64,000 nucleotides of DNA from Candidatus Latescibacterota bacterium (GTDB lineage: Bacteria > Latescibacterota > UBA2968 > GCA-2709665). The stretch spans positions 96,001 through 160,000 of the forward strand of contig CBDDDZ010000003.1 of assembly GCA_965226795.1 (NCBI GenBank), given 5' to 3'. The notes under the pieces are model-generated. The model saw nothing but the letters and a program-made list of their open reading frames with translations. It was not told the DNA's origin and did no database searches. The number at the start of each line of letters is the position of its first letter. The stretch's first letter is position 1. Positions 10,046-19,043 of the stretch are shown in pieces. Made by a program: the position numbers and the translations under genes.

Positions 10046-10309
10046 ATGACGTATATCATCGCCGAGCCATGCCTGGACGTGATGGACAGGGCATGTGTGG
10101 AAGTCTGCCCGGTCGACTGCATTTACGAGCCTGATGCGACGACTCTGCCGGAAGGCGAGCGTCGCCAGATGCTCTACATCCATCCGGAGGAGTGCATCGA
10201 CTGCGGAGCCTGCGAACCCGAATGTCCGGTTGAGGCGATTTTTGAGGAAGAGGATACACCTGAAGAATGGAAGGAATACATCGAAATTAATGCAAAAGCG
10301 TTCGAGTAA
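10046..10309 (+). CDS. 7Fe/8Fe ferredoxin (FdxA type)
   Basis: MTYIIAEPC, CVEVCPVDCI and CIDCGACEPECPVEAI motifs. Confidence 0.95.
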   Translation: MTYIIAEPCLDVMDRACVEVCPVDCIYEPDATTLPEGERRQMLYIHPEECIDCGACEPECPVEAIFEEEDTPEEWKEYIEINAKAFE

Positions 10310-10347
10310 GGCGTTACGACCTCTTCGCTCGTTCAAACGACGTGAAG

Positions 10348-10380
10348 AAAATGCCAGGATCCAGCCGATCCTGGCATTTT
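10348..10380 (+). terminator. Intrinsic terminator after the ferredoxin
   Basis: Perfect 14-bp stem AAAATGCCAGGATC / GATCCTGGCATTTT. Confidence 0.8.
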
Positions 10381-10518
10381 GAATTTGTAACCGGGGGCGT
10401 TGTCATCCGTATTGACACGTCCGGCAAACACGCGATTCATTTGACAGCTGGATCCGGCTTGAAACGCAACTTACATTAAGCCGAACTTTACATTTCGCAC
10501 GGAAGGACGAAGGCGGTC

Positions 10519-13500
10519 ATGGAAGTAACCACCAACACCGGGCTGTACCGCCCGGAATTCGAGCACGATGCCTGCGGCGTTGGTTTTGTTGCGGATATCA
10601 GAGGCAACCGTAACGGTGAAATCGTGCGCCACGCCGTGCTTGGGCTGGCCAATCTGACCCATCGGGGCGCGATGGATGCCGATGCGAAAACCGGCGACGG
10701 GGCGGGGGTACTCACCCAGATTCCCGCGCGATTGATCGTGCGGGAGGCGGAACGGCTGGGGTACAGGGCCCCCCGCGCGGAGGATCTGGCCGTCGGCATG
10801 CTGTTCCTGTCTCAGGACACGGTGACGAACGACCGCTATCGGATCATCGTCGACGAAGCAACGGATCATTACGGGCTTGTGCTCATTGGATGGCGGACAG
10901 TGCCGGTGGACCGGACGGTCCTCGGCGACCGGGCCGCGGAGTTGATGCCCGATATTCAGCAGGTGCTTATCGCTCGTGGAGACCCGATGTCCGATGCGGA
11001 GTTCGAACGGGCGCTGTACCTGGTTCGACGGCAGGTGGAGAGGTCTGTACGGCGGCACGGGATAGTGGGTTGCTATATCTGCTCGCTGTCCAATCGAACC
11101 ATCGTATATAAAGGGATGATGGTGGCCGCACAGCTTGCCCGGTTTTACAGGGATCTGCAGAATCCTGACTTCGAAACCGCGCTGGCCGTCTTTCACCAGC
11201 GCTACAGTACGAACACGCTGCCAGACTGGTTTCTGGCCCAGCCGTTTCGGTATCTCGCCCACAACGGCGAAATCAACACCCTGCGGGGGAATGTGAACTG
11301 GATGCGGGCGCGCGAGGGGGAACTCAAATCCAGGGCATGGGGACGGCACCTGGATCGAATCAAGCCCATTGTCGACGAGACCCGCAGCGATTCGGCGATG
11401 CTCGACAATGTCTTCGAAACGCTGGTGGTGGCCGGACGGAATCCGATGCACGCAATGATGATGCTGATTCCCGAGGCGTATCGAGGAATACCGGACATGC
11501 CGGAGGATCTGCGCGGCTTTTATGAATATAACGATTGTCTGATGGAACCCTGGGACGGGCCCGCCGCCGTTGCGTTCAGCGACGGCACGGTCGTGGGCGC
11601 CACATTGGACCGAAACGGGTTACGGCCGGCCAGGTATAAAATCACGGATAGCGGCCTGATCGTTATGGGCTCGGAGGTCGGGATGCTGGAGATGGACGAC
11701 TGCCACGTCGTCGAGAAGGGGCGCCTCGGACCGGGACAGATGATCGCGGTGGATACGCGCAGGGGCGTTTTGCTGAAAAACGACGAGATCAAATCCCATT
11801 TTGCGGTCCGCCGGCCCTACCGGCGATGGGTGAGGGACAACCTGGTCCCTTTCGAACCGGCGGATGCCCGCGGTGAGCCGATGCCGGTTGGAGAGCAGAC
11901 GGACCTGGCGCGGAGGCAGGTGGCATTCGGCTACACCGCCGACGAGGTCGAGTATGTCCTGGTGCCCATGGCGAACGACGGCAAGGAACCGGTGGGATCC
12001 ATGGGGGACGATACGCCTCTGGCCATATTGTCCGAGCGGCCCCGGCTTCTGTACGATTTATTTTCACAACGGTTCGCGCAGGTCACGAATCCGCCAATCG
12101 ATCCCCTGCGGGAAGAACTGGTGATGTCTCTGGACGTACTTCTCGGGCGTCGAAGAAATATTTTCAGTGAGAAGGCGCCGCACGCACGGCTGATCCACAT
12201 CCCCTCACCTGTGCTGCTGGATTCTGAATTCCGGCGGCTTTCCAGTTCCGGTTTGCCAGGGTTCGAAGCCGAAAAGCTGCCTGCGCTATTCGTTCCGTCG
12301 GAGGGAGTCGAGGGCCTGCGAAGTGCGCTGGACAGAATGTGTCTGCAGGCGGTGCGCGCGGTCGAGTCCGGCAAGACCCTGTTGACTCTGAGCGACCGCG
12401 GCGTGGATTCGAACCAGGCGCCCATCCCGATGCTGCTGGCCGTGGGCGCCGTACATCACCATCTCATCCGGGAAGGAAAGCGGATGCAGGCGAGCCTGAT
12501 CGTGGAATCGGGGGAGCCCAGGGAAGTTCACCACCTTGCCGCCCTGATCGGGTACGGCGCCAGCGCCGTGAATCCTTATCTGGCTTACGAAAATCTGTCC
12601 GAACTGATCCGCACCGGAAGGCTGGAAGGCGAAATCACCTACGCGAAAGCACTGAAAAATTATCGTCACGCGCTGGAGGCGGGTATCCTGAAGGTGATTT
12701 GCAAAATGGGCATATCCACGTTGAGCAGCTATTGCGGCGCGCAGATTTTCGACGCCGTCGGTCTGCATTCGGACGTGGTGGACCGGTATTTCTCGGGTAC
12801 GGTATCCCAGATTGGCGGGATCGGACTGGCGGAAATTGCAGAGGACGCGGCCGAAAGACACCTGCTGGCGTTCCAGCCCGAGGGGTCGCCCGCGATCAAA
12901 GACGCGGGCATCTACCGGTTCCGGCGGGACGGCGAGTACCACGCCTTCAATCCCCCGGTTTTCAAGGCCATCCACAGCGTGGCCAAAACCGGGAATTACA
13001 AGGATTTCAGGGCTTATTCGCGGTTGGTGGACGGGCGGCCCGCGGCTTCGCTACGGGATCTGATGGCCTTTCGGGAAGGACGCTCCGTCCCGCTCGAGGA
13101 AGTGGAGCCGGCTGAAGCCATCTGCCGGCGCTTTGTGTCCTCGGCGATGTCGCACGGGGCGCTTTCACGGGAGGCGCACGAAACTCTCGCCATTGCGTTG
13201 AACCGCATTGGCGCCAAGAGCAATAGCGGGGAGGGCGGGGAAGATCCGGCCCGGTATCGACGGCTGCCCAACGGAGACTGGCCCAACAGCGCCATCAAAC
13301 AGGTGGCGTCCGGCAGATTTGGCGTCACGCCCGAATACCTGGCGTCGGCCAAGGAACTGGAAATCAAGATGGCGCAAGGATCCAAACCGGGCGAGGGCGG
13401 GCAGCTGCCGGGGCACAAGGTTTCCGCGGAAATCGCGCTGATCCGGCATTCCGTTCCCGGCGTCACGCTGATTTCGCCGCCCCCTCATCACGACATTTAC

Positions 13501-15129
13501 AGTATCGAGGACATCGCTCAACTGATTTACGATCTGAAGCGGGTGAATCCCAGGGCAAAAGTGTGCGTCAAACTGGTCTCGGTGGCAGGCATCGGCACGA
13601 TCGCGGCAGGCGTGGTCAAAGGGTACGCGGACGTGGTCCACATCAGCGGGCGCGACGGCGGTACCGGCGCCTCGCCCCTGGGCGCCATCAAGCATTCGGG
13701 CGGACCCTGGGAACTGGGTTTGGCGGAGGTCCAGCAGACGCTGGTGATGAACGATCTGCGCGGGCGAGTTGTGCTCCGCGTGGACGGCGGCTTGAAGACG
13801 GCCAGGGACGTGGTGGTCGCGGCGGCTCTGGGTGCCGAGGAGTACGGATTCGGTACGGCTGCCCTGGTGGCTATGGGCTGCGTGATGGCTCGACAGTGTC
13901 ACCTGAATACCTGTCCCGTAGGCGTGGCCACGCAAAAGCCGGAATTGCGGGAAAAATTCAAAGGCTCGCCGGAAAATGTGATCCGCTACTTTACCAACCT
14001 GGCCGGTGAGGTCCGGGAAGTCGTCGCGGGGCTGGGATATCGGTCGCTGGAGAGACTGATCGGCCGGACAGAGATTCTGGAAGCCCGCGTCGACCCGACG
14101 AAACGCCGATGGAAGGGAATCGACTTAAGCGATCTGTTGGCCGATCCGGATCCGGCCGGCACAAGGCCGAGGCTGCATACCCGGGAGCGTAACGACCGCC
14201 CCGATGCGTCAATTGACGACTTGCTGCTTCAGGACGCAATGGATGCGATCAAGGAGAACAGCTCGATTACGCTGAGTTACGACATTCAGAACACGAAGCG
14301 CGCGGTTGGCGCCAAGGTGGCCGGCGAGATCGCGTATCACTACGGAGACCGGGGGCTCGACAGTACGGTCGAATGCCGTTTCCGCGGCAGTGCGGGACAG
14401 AGCTTCGGAGCTTTCTGCATACGTGGGCTGCGACTGGTCCTTACCGGTGAGGCCAACGACTACGTCGGCAAGGGCATGCACGGTGGAGAACTCATTGTGC
14501 GACCGCCGGGCAACGCCGGATTTTCGAGCCACAGGAATGCCATCGTTGGCAATACGGTCATGTACGGCGCCACCGGAGGCGTGCTCTACGCCGCGGGATG
14601 TGCGGGCGAGAGATTCTGCGTGCGTAACAGCGGCGGCCACGCGGTCGTGGAGGGTGTGGGAGACCACGGATGTGAGTACATGACCTACGGCGTGGTGGTT
14701 GTGCTGGGTAGCACCGGACGGAACTTCGGCGCCGGAATGACGGGCGGAACCGCGTATGTGCTGGATGAAGAGGGATCGTTTGAGAATCGATACAACCCGC
14801 AACTCGTCGGCATACAGCGCGTCGATCAGCCGGACGACGTCGGCCTGCTGAAAAAGATGATCGGACGGCACCTCGAAAAAACCAACAGCCGCCGGGCGAG
14901 CGCCATTATCACCCGATGGGACAGGTTTCTGCCCAAATTCTGGAAGGTTACGCCCCATGCGCCCGACCACGGCGACGAATTGGTAATTCCGGATCGCTAT
15001 CAGGAAACACATAGGGTAGCCCGCCGGCAGAAGACACAGGACCAGCGGGCAAAGCAGACCACGGGAAAGGCGCACAACGAACCCGTTCACGCACGTGCAC
15101 GGGCATCCGGCCGTTCGAGCAGGGAATAG
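10519..15129 (+). CDS. gltB: Glutamate synthase large subunit
   Basis: EHDACGVGF N-terminal nucleophile, HQRYSTNT, IKMAQGSKPGEGGQLPG, CHLNTCPVG and the C-terminal GXGXG beta-helix; 1536 aa. Confidence 0.98.
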   Translation: MEVTTNTGLYRPEFEHDACGVGFVADIRGNRNGEIVRHAVLGLANLTHRGAMDADAKTGDGAGVLTQIPARLIVREAERLGYRAPRAEDLAVGMLFLSQDTVTNDRYRIIVDEATDHYGLVLIGWRTVPVDRTVLGDRAAELMPDIQQVLIARGDPMSDAEFERALYLVRRQVERSVRRHGIVGCYICSLSNRTIVYKGMMVAAQLARFYRDLQNPDFETALAVFHQRYSTNTLPDWFLAQPFRYLAHNGEINTLRGNVNWMRAREGELKSRAWGRHLDRIKPIVDETRSDSAMLDNVFETLVVAGRNPMHAMMMLIPEAYRGIPDMPEDLRGFYEYNDCLMEPWDGPAAVAFSDGTVVGATLDRNGLRPARYKITDSGLIVMGSEVGMLEMDDCHVVEKGRLGPGQMIAVDTRRGVLLKNDEIKSHFAVRRPYRRWVRDNLVPFEPADARGEPMPVGEQTDLARRQVAFGYTADEVEYVLVPMANDGKEPVGSMGDDTPLAILSERPRLLYDLFSQRFAQVTNPPIDPLREELVMSLDVLLGRRRNIFSEKAPHARLIHIPSPVLLDSEFRRLSSSGLPGFEAEKLPALFVPSEGVEGLRSALDRMCLQAVRAVESGKTLLTLSDRGVDSNQAPIPMLLAVGAVHHHLIREGKRMQASLIVESGEPREVHHLAALIGYGASAVNPYLAYENLSELIRTGRLEGEITYAKALKNYRHALEAGILKVICKMGISTLSSYCGAQIFDAVGLHSDVVDRYFSGTVSQIGGIGLAEIAEDAAERHLLAFQPEGSPAIKDAGIYRFRRDGEYHAFNPPVFKAIHSVAKTGNYKDFRAYSRLVDGRPAASLRDLMAFREGRSVPLEEVEPAEAICRRFVSSAMSHGALSREAHETLAIALNRIGAKSNSGEGGEDPARYRRLPNGDWPNSAIKQVASGRFGVTPEYLASAKELEIKMAQGSKPGEGGQLPGHKVSAEIALIRHSVPGVTLISPPPHHDIYSIEDIAQLIYDLKRVNPRAKVCVKLVSVAGIGTIAAGVVKGYADVVHISGRDGGTGASPLGAIKHSGGPWELGLAEVQQTLVMNDLRGRVVLRVDGGLKTARDVVVAAALGAEEYGFGTAALVAMGCVMARQCHLNTCPVGVATQKPELREKFKGSPENVIRYFTNLAGEVREVVAGLGYRSLERLIGRTEILEARVDPTKRRWKGIDLSDLLADPDPAGTRPRLHTRERNDRPDASIDDLLLQDAMDAIKENSSITLSYDIQNTKRAVGAKVAGEIAYHYGDRGLDSTVECRFRGSAGQSFGAFCIRGLRLVLTGEANDYVGKGMHGGELIVRPPGNAGFSSHRNAIVGNTVMYGATGGVLYAAGCAGERFCVRNSGGHAVVEGVGDHGCEYMTYGVVVVLGSTGRNFGAGMTGGTAYVLDEEGSFENRYNPQLVGIQRVDQPDDVGLLKKMIGRHLEKTNSRRASAIITRWDRFLPKFWKVTPHAPDHGDELVIPDRYQETHRVARRQKTQDQRAKQTTGKAHNEPVHARARASGRSSRE

Positions 15130-15185
15130 AACCGGCCATCTTCCGGATCCCTTGATTCCTACGAAAAAGAACAGGAAGGGTCATT

Positions 15186-15941
15186 ATGGTTGATATGACA
15201 GGTAGGGTGGCGTTGGTAACCGGGTCTTCCAGGGGCATCGGACGTGGATGCGCGGTGGAGATGGCCCGTGCCGGAGCGGACGTCGCGGTGAACTACCATT
15301 CGCATCCGGAAGATGCGGAGACCGTCGCGAACGAGGTCCGCGACCTGGGTCGGGAAGCGCTGGTCGTTCAGGCCGACGTGTCGGATCGGGCGGCCGTAGA
15401 CCGGATGGTTGACGCAACCGTAAGCCGTTTCGGCCGGCTGGACATTGTGGTGGCCAATGCATATTACAGCAAACGTGAGCCCTTTCTGGAACTGTCGGTG
15501 CAGGCTGTTCGGCGGACGTGGGAGGTTTGTCTGTGGGGCAGCTTCCACGCTGCCCAGGCCGGCGCCCGGCAGATGGTGGACCAGGGCGGCGGGGGCAGCA
15601 TCCTGTTCATCAGTTCCGTCCTCGCGGAGGTCCCGGTGCCGACGTCGATGCCGTACAATACGGCGAAAGCCGGAATCAACCAGATGTGCCGGACCATCGC
15701 GGCCGAACTGGCGCCGCATCGTATCCGTGCGAACGTGATCGAACCCGGATACACCGACACGCCCGGCGAACGGCAATTCGCCACGGACGAGCAGATCAGC
15801 GAGGCGGCCAAAGGATTGCCCTGGGGCAGGCTGGCCACCATTGAAGACCTGGGAAAAGCGGCAACGTTTCTGTGTTCTGACGCGGCAGACTACATTACGG
15901 GTACGATTCTGAAAGTGGACGGGGGGTACTGCCTCAAATAG
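15186..15941 (+). CDS. Short-chain dehydrogenase/reductase
   Basis: TGSSRGIG, YNTAK catalytic motif, PGYTDT, VDGG. Confidence 0.95.
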   Translation: MVDMTGRVALVTGSSRGIGRGCAVEMARAGADVAVNYHSHPEDAETVANEVRDLGREALVVQADVSDRAAVDRMVDATVSRFGRLDIVVANAYYSKREPFLELSVQAVRRTWEVCLWGSFHAAQAGARQMVDQGGGGSILFISSVLAEVPVPTSMPYNTAKAGINQMCRTIAAELAPHRIRANVIEPGYTDTPGERQFATDEQISEAAKGLPWGRLATIEDLGKAATFLCSDAADYITGTILKVDGGYCLK

Positions 15942-16029
15942 GCCTGCGGATCCTGTCCAACCGCGGCATTCCCGCCGACGCGGCGCTTCGGACAAATACC
16001 AGGTTCCATGTTTCACAATGAGGGACGTT

Positions 16030-17160
16030 ATGCGATTCGTTCGATTCACGATCTTCCTGGGCGCGTGCCTGTGGGGTTTTTCAATTTCTGCGGCCGACCT
16101 GGTCGTGGAGATGCACCAGGAGGAAGAGGAGGCGGAATTGCGGTACCGCGTCGGCGTGATCGACGCGGAAACGCGAACGGTCGATTGGGGTGAGGTGGGG
16201 GCGCACGACGATGGGCAGGCCCCCTCGGTCGCCGTGGACGGAGACCTCGTGGTCGAGGTACACCAGTCCCATTTTGGTACGAATCTGTGGTATAAGGTTG
16301 GCGAGGTCGACGCGAGGACAAAGGCGATCCTGTGGGGCGAGGGGACGAAGTTCGACGGCGGCCGGTTTCCCATGGTCGCGCTGGAGGGCCGGGTGGTGGT
16401 GGAGGTGCATCAGTCCCACCTTGGCACGAATCTGTGGTACCACGTGGGCGTTGTGGACACGCAGGAGAAATCGATTGTCTGGGGCGACGCGCAGAAATAC
16501 GACGAGGGGCGGTTCCCGTCGGTGGCGCTTTCGAACGGGATTGTGGTGGAAACACATCAATCCGAAGAGGGTGAACGTCTACGGTATAACGTAGGCGTGG
16601 TGGATACGGCCGCGATGGAGATCGCGTGGGGAGACGCGCGGGAATACGACCGCGGCCAGACGCCCTCCGTGGATATGGACGATGGCGTGGTCATAGAGAT
16701 ACATGAGTCGATCAACGGAGGGCGTCTGTGGTATCACGTGGGCGCTCTGGATGTGGAGGGCAGGATCGTCGAGTGGGGTGAGGCGAAGGAATCCGACCGG
16801 GGCACGTTGCCCAACGTGGCGCTCGATAACGGGATCGCAACGGAGGTGCATCAGGGACACAACAGTTCCGACCTGTGGTATCGCGTCGGTCCGGTGAATC
16901 CGGAGACGAAGACGGTGTCCTGGGGGACAGGCTGGAACTACGGTGAAGGGATACTGCCCGTTGTGAGCGTCAGCGTCATGGAAAGATCCGCTGATTTCGA
17001 CGGCAACGGAACGGTGGATTTCAGTGATTTTTTGATTTTCGCAAGGGCCTTCGGTTCCGAAGTGGGGGACGTGGATTACGAGAGTCGATTCGACCTGGAT
17101 GGAAACGGCCGCGTCGGCTTTCCCGATTTTGTCCGTTTCGCACGGAAATTTGGCACCTAG
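16030..17160 (+). CDS. Secreted six-repeat (49 aa) putative beta-propeller protein with a C-terminal dockerin/EF-hand-like module
   Basis: Signal peptide; six copies of VVExHxS...LWYxVG.....WG...D.G..PxVA; C-terminal DFDGNGTVDFSDF...DLDGNGRVGFPDF. The TAG stop lies in the CTAG that flanks the IS. Confidence 0.85.
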   Translation: MRFVRFTIFLGACLWGFSISAADLVVEMHQEEEEAELRYRVGVIDAETRTVDWGEVGAHDDGQAPSVAVDGDLVVEVHQSHFGTNLWYKVGEVDARTKAILWGEGTKFDGGRFPMVALEGRVVVEVHQSHLGTNLWYHVGVVDTQEKSIVWGDAQKYDEGRFPSVALSNGIVVETHQSEEGERLRYNVGVVDTAAMEIAWGDAREYDRGQTPSVDMDDGVVIEIHESINGGRLWYHVGALDVEGRIVEWGEAKESDRGTLPNVALDNGIATEVHQGHNSSDLWYRVGPVNPETKTVSWGTGWNYGEGILPVVSVSVMERSADFDGNGTVDFSDFLIFARAFGSEVGDVDYESRFDLDGNGRVGFPDFVRFARKFGT

Positions 17161-19043
17161 TCCTAAAATAAGCGAGTTTCGTTTGCGGCACATCGATCTG
17201 TGTTTGTGGTGAGGCGTTGGTGTCGATTTATATGGAATTGGCGTTTTGGATGATCTTTGGGGCGGTGTTTGTCGTGGTCGCTATCGTGAATTGAGTATCC
17301 GAAGTGTCGGTCAGGCGCGTGGTGGACACACCGGTGCGTTGAGGGGTGTGGGGATGGCGCGGCGTGTGTGTGTCATCGGTCGTGCTGCATGGGTGTTATC
17401 CAAATCCGGTGCGTTCAATGATACGCCAGGTGCTGAAGAGGCGATCGAGGGTGGGTTGATAGCCGATGAGGCGCAACGTGGTGGTGTGCGCGCGTTGGAT
17501 GACGTGGCAGGGAATCAAGATGATGCTGTGGATGAAGCGCCGGAATTCCATGCGGACGTACTGCTGTCGGTCCAGGTGTCGGTGCATCATCATGGCAAAC
17601 CAGGATTTGAGGTTCCAGGCCAGGGCGGCGATGACCATGTAGGCCCAGTTGCTGACCAGGTCATACAGGGGCACGCGCAAGGCGTTGACGCCGTTTTTGA
17701 GTTGCTCGATGACGTTCTCCTGATCGCAGCGTTGGTTGGCACAGGCGACGATCTCGGCGGGGCTTACGTCCGTGCGTGTCGTGATATAGAAGAAATAACG
17801 GCATTCGTCGAACAGGACAAGGTCGCCCTTCATTTTACTGATGTTCTTGCGCAGGACCACGACGCGATACACACGTTTACAGCGCGTGGGTTGGTAGTTG
17901 AACTCGGCCACGTGTTCGTGGTTCAGCACCAGGTTGGCGTAGGCCCGTTTGCGGACGATGCGCTGTTTCTCGTGGGGCTGATTGCGCTTCCGCTTCTGGT
18001 CGGTCACGGTGTGATAACGGGGTTTGCGTTGCAGGGGCTGCCATTGTGCCTCGTCGAGGGCCTCAGCACGGGAACGCATCGTCGCGTTGGCGTCCATCCC
18101 GAAGATGAAGTCGACGCTTTTGGCCCAGCGATCAAAATGTCGGGTCAAGGAAAAGTCGGTGTCGCCACGTACACAGAGGCGCTTGGCGTGGGGCTGCACC
18201 AGCGCCAAGGCCGCGTCGATCCAGGGTGCCGCACCGGTGTGGCTGGGCACATTCCCCGGTCGGTTGACCAGGAAGAGCACTTCCTTCGTGTTGGCCAGTG
18301 AGATCACCAGCGGATGGTAGCCCCAGATGCCCTGGTAAGAGATGTCCATACCCCTCTTGCGCTTTCCATACGTCGGCACGTTTGTGCCGTCCACGTCGAT
18401 ATAGGTGATGTCACAAAGCAATTTGCGCCCACGCGATGCCCACAAGGAGGATCGCACCGCGTTGATGCACGCCATCAGTTCGACGATGTCCCGTTCCGAG
18501 AAGCGTCGGCAAAAGTCACCCGCCGTGGTCGGATCGGGAATCAACTGAGCACCCAGGGCATTCATGTAGGCCCCGTCATGTCGCAAACGCTCGATATCCT
18601 CCAGGCGCGTGCCGCCGCACAACACGTTGTAAGCGATGTTGAGCACGTGGTCCGACTCATGATAGGGCAGATGCACCTTCAACAGGGACAGCGACGCGTC
18701 GATGCGCTTGGGCAGTCCCAGCTTGGTGACCAGGCGATGCACGGCGCCGATGCCTCCGTAACTCATCGCGTCGGTGTAGGCGCCCACCTCGTAGTGCACT
18801 TTGCCAGGACTGAACATGGGCCGGGGCTGCGCCTGCCAATGCCCCGCTCGACCGTGGCGGGCGGCCACTTTGCGTTTGCGACGAGCACGGTTCCTGCGGC
18901 TGTCATCAACCGATATTCTTTTCACCGGAAAGGTCTCCTGCGTTGGAGTGATGATTTCTAGCGCAATCCATCTATCTCCAACAACGGTAGGCCTTTCCGG
19001 TCTCTTGGACCAGAAAAATCTCACCATCACGCTTGTTTAAGGA
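17161..19043 (-). mobile_element. IS1380-family insertion sequence, copy 1
   Basis: Imperfect terminal IRs TCCTAAAATAAGCG / TCCTTAAACAAGCG, CTAG on both flanks; near-identical to 22253-24136 in the opposite orientation. Confidence 0.9.
17396..18925 (-). CDS. IS1380-family DDE transposase
   Basis: IDVDGT, GYHPL, VRGDTDF and QRCDQENVIEQLK (DDE triad). Probable GTG start with an AGGAG RBS. Confidence 0.9.
   Translation of the reverse strand: MKRISVDDSRRNRARRKRKVAARHGRAGHWQAQPRPMFSPGKVHYEVGAYTDAMSYGGIGAVHRLVTKLGLPKRIDASLSLLKVHLPYHESDHVLNIAYNVLCGGTRLEDIERLRHDGAYMNALGAQLIPDPTTAGDFCRRFSERDIVELMACINAVRSSLWASRGRKLLCDITYIDVDGTNVPTYGKRKRGMDISYQGIWGYHPLVISLANTKEVLFLVNRPGNVPSHTGAAPWIDAALALVQPHAKRLCVRGDTDFSLTRHFDRWAKSVDFIFGMDANATMRSRAEALDEAQWQPLQRKPRYHTVTDQKRKRNQPHEKQRIVRKRAYANLVLNHEHVAEFNYQPTRCKRVYRVVVLRKNISKMKGDLVLFDECRYFFYITTRTDVSPAEIVACANQRCDQENVIEQLKNGVNALRVPLYDLVSNWAYMVIAALAWNLKSWFAMMMHRHLDRQQYVRMEFRRFIHSIILIPCHVIQRAHTTTLRLIGYQPTLDRLFSTWRIIERTGFG

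Noticed and set aside
17246..18961. Long plus-strand ORFs (351 and 215 aa) and their mirror images at 22336-24051
   Set aside because: Antisense shadows of the IS1380 transposase.
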